Below are positions 48,575 through 58,307 of a stretch of 64,000 nucleotides of DNA, piece after piece. Numbering within the stretch: position 1 is the first letter of the stretch; each line of letters opens with the position of its first letter. A model generated the notes under the pieces. The model was not told the origin of the DNA and did no database searches. It was given only the letters and a program-made list of their open reading frames with translations. The position numbers and the translations under genes are program-made. The stretch lies in contig CAIYXP010000300.1 in assembly GCA_903930145.1 (NCBI GenBank), positions 768-64,767 of the forward strand. The letters are read 5' to 3'. Source of the stretch: an uncultured Methylococcaceae bacterium (lineage in GTDB: Bacteria > Pseudomonadota > Gammaproteobacteria > Methylococcales > Methylococcaceae).

Positions 48575-51500
48575 TGAAAATTCAAACGACGCGCACCGGC
48601 CTTGAGATCGCCGTTATCGGCCTGTCTGGGCGTTTCCCCGGCGCTTTGAATCTGGCTGAATTTTGGGGCAATCTTGTATCGGGCACCAATTCAATCTCCC
48701 TTCTGAGTGATGAGGAGTTGAGGGGGGCGGGGGTTCACCCCGAACTGATTGCCCAGAAGAACTTCGTTAAGGCAAAAGGGATTTTCCCAGACTTGGAGTA
48801 TTTCGATGCGGATTTCTTCGAGTATACCCCGAGGGACGCTGCGTTGATGGATCCACAGGTTCGTGCCTTACACCAAGGGGTCTATCACGCATTGGAAGAT
48901 GCAGGCTATGCTTCCGAGCAATACAAAGGCTCTATCGGCTTGTTCCTTGGGGCTTCAGGCAATTTCCTGTGGGAAATGTCCACTTTCTTGGAGGCGAAAG
49001 ACAGCGGTTCGGCCCAATTCGCCACCTTGCAATTGAACGATAAAGACTTCGTTGCAACCCGCATTGCCTACAAGCTCAATCTACGTGGCCCTAGCGTGGC
49101 GATTCATTGCGCCTGCTCCACATCCCTTTACGCCATTGATGTAGCGTGCCGCAATCTGTTGACCGGTTCCTGTTCCATGGCGGTTTGCGGTGGAAGCGGG
49201 CTCACGCTTCCCGTTCGCAATGGTTATTTATACGAAACCGGGATGATCAAATCCGCCGACGGGTCTTGCCGCCCTTTTTCTGATGATGCCAACGGTACTG
49301 TCGAAGGCAACGGGATGGGTCTGGTGGTGCTCAAACCTTTAGAAGATGCCTTGCGCGATCGGGATCGGGTTTATGCTGTGATCCGGGCCACGGCAGCTAA
49401 CAACGACGGTGCCCGCAAGGTGGGATATAACGCGCCTAGCGTGGAAGGCCAGGCCGAAGTCATCCGGCGTGCCTTGCACATTGCAGATGTGCAGCCGGAA
49501 AGCGTGACCTACGTGGAGGCGCATGGCACCGGCACGGCGTTGGGCGACCCGGTCGAAGTAGAGGGGCTGAAGAAGGCTTTTCGTAGCGATGAGACGGGGT
49601 TTTGCGGAATCGGTTCTTTGAAATCAAACATTGGGCACCTCGACACCGCTGCCGGCATTTCATCCTTCATTAAGACCGTGCTTGCCTTGGAGAAGCGACT
49701 GATTCCGCCAAGCATCCATTTTCGCGACGCCAATCCGAATATTGATTTCTCCCATAGCCCGTTTTATGTGATCACCGAAGCGACACCTTGGGAGAACCAG
49801 CCAGCCCCGGGGCGGCCTGACCACGTCCTCCCATTGCGCGCCGGGGTAAGTTCCTTTGGCATCGGCGGCACCAATGTGCATGTGGTATTGGAAGAAGCTC
49901 CGGCACAGCCAGAATCTGATAATGGCCGCGAGTGGAAGCTGTTATGCCTGTCGGCCCGCGATGAAGCAGCCTTGGGCCGTTTGCAAAACGCGGTGGCGGA
50001 ATTCGTGAACAGCAACCCCGGCATGAATGTCGCCGATCTCGCCTACACGTTTCACAGCGGTCGCCGAAGCCTTCCCGTCCGCGCGGTGCTGGCTTACCGC
50101 GATGTCCAGGATTTACAGGGAGCTTTGGGCAATCAGGTCTCGCCGCTGCCTTACTTCAAGGCTCCGCAAGCACCCGTGCGCATGGCCTTCTTGTTTTCCG
50201 GTCAAGGCACCCAGTACCCGGGCATGGGGATTGGGCTATATTCAAGCGAGCCCGCCTTTAAAGAACAGGTGGATCGCTGCCTGGAGATTTGCGACAGTCT
50301 GGATTTGCCGGAAATCCGTCAGCTACTCCTTGAACCCACGGAAAGCGATGCCGACTTAGTCAAGCAGACCGAATTTGCGCAGCCTGGCTTGTTCATTGTT
50401 GAGTACGCGCTGGCTCGACTGCTGATGGATTGGGGTATTGTGCCGACAGCGATGATCGGACACAGCCTCGGCGAATACGTGGCCGCCTGCATTGCCGGTG
50501 TGTTTTCGCTGGAACGGGCTTTGGACCTGGTGGTTCGTCGAGGGAGGCTCATGGGGTATATGTCGCCTGGATCAATGCTCGCCGTGTCCGCTCCCGAAGC
50601 GGGTCTGGCTTTGCCGGCTGGCATCGATTTGGCTGCCGTTAATAGCCCGTTTCAATGCACGGTTTCAGGGCCCACAGAAGCTATCGAAGCATACGAAAAT
50701 GATTTGAGGGAACAGTCCATCGGCACCCGACGTCTCCAGACCTCGCATGCCTTCCATTCCGCCATGATGGAGCCAGCACTGGAATCGTTCATGCAAGTGG
50801 TCAGCGCCATGCGCCTTGATGCGCCAAAAATACCCTATCTCTCCAACGTTTCTGGAACTTGGATAACGGCGGAGCAGGCACAGGACCCGGCGTATTACGT
50901 TAGGCATTTGCGTGAAACAGTCAGGTTTGCGGAGGGCGCGAAAAGGATATTGGAAGACACGGGTTTGGTATTTGCTGAACTGGGGCCGGGCAATGTTCTT
51001 TGCACTTTCCTCAAGCAGAACTCGGCGGTGACCCATGCCGTGCCGACGGTGTCTTTGATGCGCCATGGGAAAGCCACCGAAACCGATGCCCAACACTTGG
51101 TACATGGTTTGGGCACGTTGTGGGGCTTTGGAGTCGCGCCAGACTGGAAGCGTTACTACCGCCCCCAACAACGGTTCAAACTGAACGCGCCTCTCTATCC
51201 CTTTGAAAGACGACATTTTCCTGTGGGTGAGAGAGATATTTACAGCCTTCTGGCACAGAGCAACACGACCCCCACGGCTCATAGCTTGGCGCTGGCGGCC
51301 GAAAGGCGAACCTTGTTGAATACGCTTGGTTGGCAAGCGTCTGCCTTGCCCCCCGCAGTGGAGTCAAGTGCTGTCGAGCCATGCCTGCTGTTTGGGCGAA
51401 ACTCTCGTGCCGGCAAGACGGTTTCCTTGGTCGAGGGGCTGCGTTTGATCCAAGTCCGCGCCGGCATGACCTTCACCAAGCGAGGATATGCTGAATATCA

Positions 51501-54500
51501 AATGAATTTTGGAGAATTATTGGATTACCGGCGGCTGGCTAGGTTCTTGAAGCATGGCGATGGCGTGCCTGGACTGCTGATCTGGGTGGTCGACGGGGGC
51601 GACCTGAAATTGTCCGACGAATTCACTGGGCCTTTGCTTCGTCTCGCCATCGCTTTGCGAGATGAATGCCCCGGTCAGGCGTTCCGTTGCATCGTTTTGA
51701 TCCCCGGCGGCACCCCGCAACGATTCCAGAACCACCCAGACGAGGGTTTCGAGCCCGATGGCTTGGCGCGAGGACTGCGTGCCGCTTGCCTCAATTTCGA
51801 TGTACGCTGTGTCGGGTTTGATCAAGCATGCAGTGAAGAGTCCTTGGGGGAACTGGTAGGTAGAGAAATCTTCGACTCAGATCAATCTATTAGCCTTACG
51901 GCCTATCAAGGCAATCAACGCTGGGTGTACCGCCCCCAGCCGGGGTTTGCTGCCGCATCCCATCCGTCCAACCGTTTTCGCGGTCAAAATCTGGGTCTGC
52001 TTGCCCCCGACACCTTTCCGCTGGACGAATTGGCCGCCCTAATCGGAGAGTCTAGCGGAGCCCGCATCCTGCCGCTGACGTGGAAGGTGCCGCAGGCACC
52101 GGTTTCTGCTCAGTCTGCGATTGATGCGGACACCGCCTCGCTGAGCGGATATTTGCGCAAAATCCAAATGACCTATCTTGCACAATATGGACTGGAGGAT
52201 TTTGGACATTGCCATGCGCTAATGGACGAACTATCCACCGCCTTGGTTGCCGATTATATCCACACGCAAATGCCCTTGGTTCCGGGGCAACGCTTTGACA
52301 GGGAGGGCTTGAAGCAGAGTTTGCGGATTGTTCCGCACCAAGAAAAATACCTCGACTACTTTATCGACATGCTCGCCGAAGACGGACTGATCGTCGCCAG
52401 GGGCGAGGCTTACGAAATATTGCATGGACCCGGTTCCTTGCGGCCAATTGGCAAGATCAAACAGGAACTGGAATCGGCAAGCCCTTTGTTTTCCGGGCAG
52501 GTAAGATTGTTGGAGCATTGTGTGACCGCTTTTGACAAGGCGCTGCCCGGAGCGATACCCTCCATCGAAGTGCTTTACCCGGAAGGTCGCAACGAACTAT
52601 TGCGCGCCACCTATGAAGGATCGATCCAAGAAAAGGAGGACGAGTACATACGGATGATGTTCGAGAAATTAAGCGGCAAAATCATCCAAGACGCCCGTGG
52701 CAAGCGCTTGCGCATTCTTGAGGTCGGCGGAGGTTACGGCAACGTGATGCGTCGTATCGTTCCCTTGCTGCGCGACGCCGATGTAGAGTACTACTTCACC
52801 GACATTGGCAAGACTTTCTTGGAAGACGCGAAATCCTTTGCCATAGAAGAAGGCTATCGCTTTCTGCGCTTCGGCGTGCTTGACATTACCCAAGACTCCA
52901 TCGAACAGGGGTTGGAGACAAACGCCTTCGATGTGGTGTTTGCTTTCAACGTCGTCCACGCTACCCGCAATCTTGGCATCACCCTCGGTAATATGCAGCG
53001 CTTGCTCAAACCAGGGGGCGTGTTGGGGTTGTTGGAACGCACCAAGGTTCGGCGTTATGTCGATTTAATCTGGGGCTTAGCGGATGGCTGGTGGCATTTC
53101 GACGAACCGGAACGCTCTAGGTCTCCACTCTTAGATTTAGGGCGATGGGAAGAAACCATCCGCCGGCTTGGCTTCACGGAGGTGATGACCTATCCCGATA
53201 CACAGGAAATCCGCGACCGGTTGGATGTGGGCCTGTTAATCGCCAGAAATGAAATGATAGCGGTGAACCTAACCGCGAAAACTCCCTCCATCCCGGCCAA
53301 GGAAGTGGGTTGGCAGCTTTCCATGCCGGTATGCTTAGATCTGATTGACGGGTTATTGTTGATCGAACCAACCCCTGTTCGCCCCGAGTCCAATTTCCCG
53401 TCCATCGGCGGCGACCCTGCCGACCCTTGCCATGACTACGCAGGATATGTAGAGGCTATGATTGCTTGGCTTGGTGCGCATCGACCCGGCTTCGTCAGCG
53501 TTTGGTCCTCTGGCTCTGCGGCGGCGCATCCATCGGATGAAATGGCCCGAATCAAGGCTGCTGCACAGCTTGATACGTGGGGTGGCTGGCTACTTGGCAA
53601 CAGCGGTTCGTGGTCCCGAGTCTATCTCCCGCTGGATGTTGGCGAGTCTGCCCTTCTAACGCATTCCGTCATCTGCGAAGCATTGCGCGCCATCGAAAGC
53701 GGCTTGGCTCATGCCGTGATCCATCCCGAGCGGCAGGACTCGTTCTCGCCCCCCCGTCAGGATGCGTATGCATGGCGTGCCACAGCCAAGGATAACCAGA
53801 AACATGAAAGCCTTCCCGAAGACGAAGGCTTTACTCCAGATGTGCCGAAAGACGGGTGCATCCGCCTACTACAAACGCTGTGGAGCGAATTGTTTGGTTT
53901 GGAAAAGATTGGCTTGGACGACGACTTTTTCGCGCTCGGCGGAGATTCCCTCAAGGTCGCGCAGTTGACGACCGAGCTTGAGAAGCATGGAATCCGCCTA
54001 CTATCTAACGAGGTGTTCGCCCGTCCGACTATCCGCAGCCTTGCCGAATACATTTTGACCCAGCGCATTGACGAGCACGACAGGGTGCAGACACCCGAAG
54101 ATATCGTCAGGCATTATCGGGAAAACCTCAGGCTTGATGCCGCCTACCAGACCTACGAGTTGGATGGGCAGGAATATCGGATTCTCTTCGTGGAAGACAG
54201 CGCACTCGCCGGCGGCGGCAAACCGGAACAGTCGATGGACAACCTCAAAGTGTTGGCACGAATCCAACCCCATTATATATTGCCATTGTCCTGTTTCTCC
54301 GGCATCTCTGCCAGCGGGGAGACTGATAGTTTCTGGGGCGCTATAGGCATTACCGAAAATGCAGGGCCTGAAATCATCGAATCACTCGCACAACAGGCAG
54401 CCAGCCAAATGGCGGAAGCCAACCGCGCCATCTGCGCTGGCCCGGTCGATGCCCGCTATACCCTTACACCGTTCCAGAAAATGTATCAGAAGGAGTCACA

Positions 54501-55740
54501 GCTCGCCCTATACCTCATTGAAATGGATGAGACCTTAGACTTGAAATTACTTGACCAAGCATTTACAGCCCTCGTCAAAACCCAAGGCTTGTTCAGGACA
54601 GAATTGCGTCGGCGGCTAGGAAGGGCCAAATGGGTGGAACACGCGCCGCCCGATAATCTAAGTATCCCTTTGATGGATTTGTCCGGCTATAGCCCTGTCG
54701 TACAAGCCCAGTTATTCGAGCGGATCATGGCCTTAGAATACGGACTGGACTTGCCTAGGGAAGCTGGAATACGCTTCAGAGTGCAACTGATTATTTTCAA
54801 CCGTCGCCGCTATACGCTCATGTTTAACGTGGATCACGCCATTTTTGACAACATGAGTGGACAGATTTTGCGCAACCAGTTCATCGGTCATTATCGTGCC
54901 CTGCTTTCAGGGAAGATTGCCGGGTTAAGCCCAGTCAAAAGCTATCGTCAATACTTGGAGCAACGGCGCGAAGGGCCTCAAGGTATTAATGAAAAACGCC
55001 TCATCCAACGGTTTGACTTGGAACGTTACGGGAAGGCAAGGGACGCTGTTGAACAACGCATCCTTGCGCATCGACAGAAAAACATCGGCAGATGCCGTTA
55101 TTCGCTGAATCTGACACAGTTCCAATTGGCAGACGACGACGAAGCCACTTGGGAACTGAGCATGATAGTCCTGTGCTTAGTATTGGAGAGGTTCCTTGGA
55201 CAAAAGGAGATTCCTTTAAAGCTTCTTTACCAAGGCCGAAAATACCAAGACCAGTCCTATTTCGACACCATCGGCCTATTCATCGACGTAGTTCCGCTGA
55301 TGCTGCAAGTTGATCGCGACAATCCGACAGCCATGATCAATGGGATCAGAGCAAAGCTTCAGTTGCTCAAACAACACAATATAAGCTTCACCAATCTACT
55401 GTTTAATCCATTGATGTGGCTAAAATGGGGCAATGTGATCTCGTTGACGGGATCAAAGAAATTGTCAAGACGCGACCCCATGATACTGTTGAATTATGTG
55501 GGAAAGGCCGAGAAGGAGTATCAGAAGATCATCGAATTTGCATCGGAAAACTTGGAAAATTTAGGCGGAAAGATGGATTACGCGAGTTTTTACAGCATTG
55601 TCACCGTTGTGGACGGTCATATCAATTTCGATGTCTTTTGCAGCTTCGAACGAAATATGGATGTCTTGTTGCGTTTGTTTGAGGAGGAGGCTCGCTACTT
55701 GGCGGTCGGTGGGCTAGGCGGCGGAAATGACCGTCAATGA
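48574..55740 (+). CDS. Terminal PKS: KS-AT-(structural KR-like region)-methyltransferase-(degenerate KR-like region)-ACP-terminal condensation-like domain
   Basis: - KS: Cys 49114-49116 (HCACSTS), HGTGT, NIGH.
- AT: Ser 50464-50466 (GHSLGE), HAFH 50746-50757.
- SAM-MT motif I: LEVGGGYG, 52717-52740.
- ACP: Ser 53947-53949.
- C-like domain: DHAIFDN at 54832-54852 in place of HHxxxDG. Confidence 0.93.
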   Translation: MKIQTTRTGLEIAVIGLSGRFPGALNLAEFWGNLVSGTNSISLLSDEELRGAGVHPELIAQKNFVKAKGIFPDLEYFDADFFEYTPRDAALMDPQVRALHQGVYHALEDAGYASEQYKGSIGLFLGASGNFLWEMSTFLEAKDSGSAQFATLQLNDKDFVATRIAYKLNLRGPSVAIHCACSTSLYAIDVACRNLLTGSCSMAVCGGSGLTLPVRNGYLYETGMIKSADGSCRPFSDDANGTVEGNGMGLVVLKPLEDALRDRDRVYAVIRATAANNDGARKVGYNAPSVEGQAEVIRRALHIADVQPESVTYVEAHGTGTALGDPVEVEGLKKAFRSDETGFCGIGSLKSNIGHLDTAAGISSFIKTVLALEKRLIPPSIHFRDANPNIDFSHSPFYVITEATPWENQPAPGRPDHVLPLRAGVSSFGIGGTNVHVVLEEAPAQPESDNGREWKLLCLSARDEAALGRLQNAVAEFVNSNPGMNVADLAYTFHSGRRSLPVRAVLAYRDVQDLQGALGNQVSPLPYFKAPQAPVRMAFLFSGQGTQYPGMGIGLYSSEPAFKEQVDRCLEICDSLDLPEIRQLLLEPTESDADLVKQTEFAQPGLFIVEYALARLLMDWGIVPTAMIGHSLGEYVAACIAGVFSLERALDLVVRRGRLMGYMSPGSMLAVSAPEAGLALPAGIDLAAVNSPFQCTVSGPTEAIEAYENDLREQSIGTRRLQTSHAFHSAMMEPALESFMQVVSAMRLDAPKIPYLSNVSGTWITAEQAQDPAYYVRHLRETVRFAEGAKRILEDTGLVFAELGPGNVLCTFLKQNSAVTHAVPTVSLMRHGKATETDAQHLVHGLGTLWGFGVAPDWKRYYRPQQRFKLNAPLYPFERRHFPVGERDIYSLLAQSNTTPTAHSLALAAERRTLLNTLGWQASALPPAVESSAVEPCLLFGRNSRAGKTVSLVEGLRLIQVRAGMTFTKRGYAEYQMNFGELLDYRRLARFLKHGDGVPGLLIWVVDGGDLKLSDEFTGPLLRLAIALRDECPGQAFRCIVLIPGGTPQRFQNHPDEGFEPDGLARGLRAACLNFDVRCVGFDQACSEESLGELVGREIFDSDQSISLTAYQGNQRWVYRPQPGFAAASHPSNRFRGQNLGLLAPDTFPLDELAALIGESSGARILPLTWKVPQAPVSAQSAIDADTASLSGYLRKIQMTYLAQYGLEDFGHCHALMDELSTALVADYIHTQMPLVPGQRFDREGLKQSLRIVPHQEKYLDYFIDMLAEDGLIVARGEAYEILHGPGSLRPIGKIKQELESASPLFSGQVRLLEHCVTAFDKALPGAIPSIEVLYPEGRNELLRATYEGSIQEKEDEYIRMMFEKLSGKIIQDARGKRLRILEVGGGYGNVMRRIVPLLRDADVEYYFTDIGKTFLEDAKSFAIEEGYRFLRFGVLDITQDSIEQGLETNAFDVVFAFNVVHATRNLGITLGNMQRLLKPGGVLGLLERTKVRRYVDLIWGLADGWWHFDEPERSRSPLLDLGRWEETIRRLGFTEVMTYPDTQEIRDRLDVGLLIARNEMIAVNLTAKTPSIPAKEVGWQLSMPVCLDLIDGLLLIEPTPVRPESNFPSIGGDPADPCHDYAGYVEAMIAWLGAHRPGFVSVWSSGSAAAHPSDEMARIKAAAQLDTWGGWLLGNSGSWSRVYLPLDVGESALLTHSVICEALRAIESGLAHAVIHPERQDSFSPPRQDAYAWRATAKDNQKHESLPEDEGFTPDVPKDGCIRLLQTLWSELFGLEKIGLDDDFFALGGDSLKVAQLTTELEKHGIRLLSNEVFARPTIRSLAEYILTQRIDEHDRVQTPEDIVRHYRENLRLDAAYQTYELDGQEYRILFVEDSALAGGGKPEQSMDNLKVLARIQPHYILPLSCFSGISASGETDSFWGAIGITENAGPEIIESLAQQAASQMAEANRAICAGPVDARYTLTPFQKMYQKESQLALYLIEMDETLDLKLLDQAFTALVKTQGLFRTELRRRLGRAKWVEHAPPDNLSIPLMDLSGYSPVVQAQLFERIMALEYGLDLPREAGIRFRVQLIIFNRRRYTLMFNVDHAIFDNMSGQILRNQFIGHYRALLSGKIAGLSPVKSYRQYLEQRREGPQGINEKRLIQRFDLERYGKARDAVEQRILAHRQKNIGRCRYSLNLTQFQLADDDEATWELSMIVLCLVLERFLGQKEIPLKLLYQGRKYQDQSYFDTIGLFIDVVPLMLQVDRDNPTAMINGIRAKLQLLKQHNISFTNLLFNPLMWLKWGNVISLTGSKKLSRRDPMILLNYVGKAEKEYQKIIEFASENLENLGGKMDYASFYSIVTVVDGHINFDVFCSFERNMDVLLRLFEEEARYLAVGGLGGGNDRQ

Positions 55741-55771
55741 CTGCGTGGCTCGTTGTCAAGCATAAAAAAAT

Positions 55772-57100
55772 ATGAAACTGTTTTGGCTAAAACCCAGTTT
55801 ACGTAAAATAAGCGATTTATTCGCTATCCTGTCTATTTGCCTTGCCGTGAACATCGCCCAGGCATTTCCGCCTGTTGATGCTGTTGAAAAAAAGTGGTAC
55901 TCGGGCATCAAGGTGGACGGCAGCTTGCAGACTACACTCGGTATCGACGAACCCAATGTGGGTTCAATATTCGCATCCAAAGACACTCGTTCACAAGTGG
56001 ATTTTTCCACCCGTCGGTTCAACGCCCTGTTAAGGGTACGGCAGCCTGGGAAATTCCTCGCCTTGTTCGATGGCATGTTGGAAAACGACCAAGACACCGG
56101 ACAAGATCTGCACCAAGGCTTGGTCAACCAGCTTTACCTTGCTTACGATGTTACCGATGTGCTGCGGGTCAGGGTTGGGAAACAGCGTACATTATGGGGC
56201 CATGGTTTTGCATACATACCGACGGATTTCATCAACCCACCCCTTGACCCCACTGCATTGAACTTGATAAGACCCGGGGTGAAGGCGATTTCCTTCGACT
56301 ACTCTTTTTCAAAATTCACATTGTCGGGAATTTTGACGAAGGACAGTGGCAAAGTGATTGGTGGAGAAGGCTTAAAATTGACCAGCAGCGCCATCTCCGG
56401 GTTGGATTTTTATTTGATCTATTACCATTCTGATATTGTCGGTCATGCCGGCGGGGCTTCGTTCGCTGTGGATCCCTCTGTAATATGGTTCCCGAAATGG
56501 CCTAGCTTTGTTATTTACGGATCACTTGGAATCAACGAAAAATCGCGCTACCCGGAAGTCCTGAATGCCACATACACCGTCAATGGCAGTAATTTATACT
56601 ACCCTGCCGTAGGTCCGACCGGCAAAACGGGCCCTTATCTGTCATTTCTAGCGGCGATGAGTTACGAGTTCGTCAAGGCGAGGCTTAGCCTGTCCGCCGA
56701 ATATTACTATATAGGCGATGCCTACCCGCCGGGTGACCGAGATAAAATCATGAATGCATTGTCTAGCCCCAATATTTACGTGAGTCAACCCAGTTCACTT
56801 TGGCTCAACAACCTAACCGCCTTTGGCAGGAACCAACAGCAATATCTTTCGCTTTCTCTAAGCCATCGTTCAGTTACGGAAGGCGTGAATCACTTCCTTG
56901 ACACTTTCGGTTATGAACTTGGGCTGTTGCAAGGGTTGAACGATTCTTCTAACTTTATGACTGCCGCGATAAAATCCAATTATTGGAGCAACACGGAGAT
57001 AACCCTTCGTTCTTTCCAGCCGTTTGGAAATAGCAAATCCGAGTTCGGGTCTATGCCATTCAATTGGAATCTCCAATTGCTGGTCAAAGTGGGATTTTAG
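55772..57100 (+). CDS. Putative outer-membrane beta-barrel protein (unknown family)
   Basis: Signal peptide ending AVNIAQA. Alternating amphipathic beta-strand pattern, aromatic-rich, with a C-terminal ...LLVKVGF ending in Phe as in OMP beta-signals. I could not place the family by eye. Confidence 0.6.
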   Translation: MKLFWLKPSLRKISDLFAILSICLAVNIAQAFPPVDAVEKKWYSGIKVDGSLQTTLGIDEPNVGSIFASKDTRSQVDFSTRRFNALLRVRQPGKFLALFDGMLENDQDTGQDLHQGLVNQLYLAYDVTDVLRVRVGKQRTLWGHGFAYIPTDFINPPLDPTALNLIRPGVKAISFDYSFSKFTLSGILTKDSGKVIGGEGLKLTSSAISGLDFYLIYYHSDIVGHAGGASFAVDPSVIWFPKWPSFVIYGSLGINEKSRYPEVLNATYTVNGSNLYYPAVGPTGKTGPYLSFLAAMSYEFVKARLSLSAEYYYIGDAYPPGDRDKIMNALSSPNIYVSQPSSLWLNNLTAFGRNQQQYLSLSLSHRSVTEGVNHFLDTFGYELGLLQGLNDSSNFMTAAIKSNYWSNTEITLRSFQPFGNSKSEFGSMPFNWNLQLLVKVGF

Positions 57101-57145
57101 CCGAATCCCGCAGCAGTTTTTCCTTGCAGCCGACCGGATTCGTGT

Positions 57146-57928
57146 TTGAATCGATGGCGTCTGCTGGGGTGTTGGTGCGTTTCTGTTGTCGAGGTAAGTT
57201 TGGATAAAATATATTTGTTCGCAATACCCTATGCTGGCGGTTCAGCAGCAGTAATTTATGGGAAGTGGGCCCGCTACCTTCAAAAGCACTTCATAGTCAT
57301 GCCTTTGGAAATGGCCGGGCACGGACGGCGCATGAGCGAACAGTTCCACGAAAACATGGATGAAGTGGTTGCCGACCTGTTCAATATGGTTCGCCCCATA
57401 GCTAAAAATCATCCCTATGTCATTTATGGTCATAGCATGGGTTGCATCATCACTTACGAATTGGTCAAAAAATTACAGATTGCCGGCTATCCTCCGCCGC
57501 AAACCATTTTTCTTTCTGGGCGCAATCCGCCTGATCATGCTTACGCAAGTAACTCACTCCATCTTCTAGCGGATAATATATTTCTACAGGAAATCAGAAA
57601 GATAGGTGGGACACCCGATGAATTCTTCGAAATGAAGAGTCTTGTCGATGCATTTCTCCCGATTATCCGTAGCGATTACCGCATTATCGAGCATTATGTA
57701 TTTTCACCGCCCATTCATGTTATGGACACTGATTTGGTTTTCCTCCATAGCGACCAAGATGTTCTTGTAAGCGAGCCGACAATCCATGAATGGCAGCGTT
57801 ATTGCTCGGGACGTTTTGAAGTAGAGAAGTTTCAAGGGGGTCACTTTTTCATTAATGACTATACTGAGACGATTTGCGAACTGATCGGTAGATCACTCTC
57901 TATTCCCTTATCTAAGACGGTATTATGA
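57146..57928 (+). CDS. Type II (editing) thioesterase
   Basis: LFAIPYAGGSA, GHSMGCIITYE, C-terminal GGHFF. The true start may be the TTG at 57200, 5 nt after the GAGG at 57191-57194. Confidence 0.9.
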   Translation: MNRWRLLGCWCVSVVEVSLDKIYLFAIPYAGGSAAVIYGKWARYLQKHFIVMPLEMAGHGRRMSEQFHENMDEVVADLFNMVRPIAKNHPYVIYGHSMGCIITYELVKKLQIAGYPPPQTIFLSGRNPPDHAYASNSLHLLADNIFLQEIRKIGGTPDEFFEMKSLVDAFLPIIRSDYRIIEHYVFSPPIHVMDTDLVFLHSDQDVLVSEPTIHEWQRYCSGRFEVEKFQGGHFFINDYTETICELIGRSLSIPLSKTVL

Positions 57929-58307
57929 CGATACAAGAAGGAATTATATGCCGGTTTTTCTGTGGGATGTCTAATTTGCCCGGCGGGCGACATTATCATT
58001 GTGCGCTTACATGTCATATCAATTGCGCATAATTAAAATTATGTCAAATTGGGCGACATGGGGGGCGAAATTGGGGGACACGACTCTATCTTTCCGGCCA
58101 TCGAACACTTTCCGACATCAAGACTTGGTAGTTCTCCCAGCCTGTAATTATTTGCCGACGTCGGCACTTGGAGGATTAATCTCCATTGGCAGATCAAACA
58201 TCACCAGACAGGCGGCCAAATCCTTGGGCAGTGCTGTACAGATGGCAAAACGCAGAGCGTGACTGCTTACGATTAGGTCGGTTTTTATTAGCCTATTTGA
58301 ATATCAA

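Noticed and set aside
16623-55682. Dozens of 60-230-aa ORFs on the opposite strand or in alternative frames inside the megasynthase genes, for example 17476-18039(-), 19903-20604(-), 29561-30235(-), 32917-33480(-), 42756-43298(-), 50665-51336(-).
   Set aside because: They are fully nested in ORFs whose translations carry unambiguous, ordered NRPS/PKS motifs. Their products are low-complexity, Arg/Pro/Ala-rich, as expected from GC-rich antisense frames. None has start-site context.
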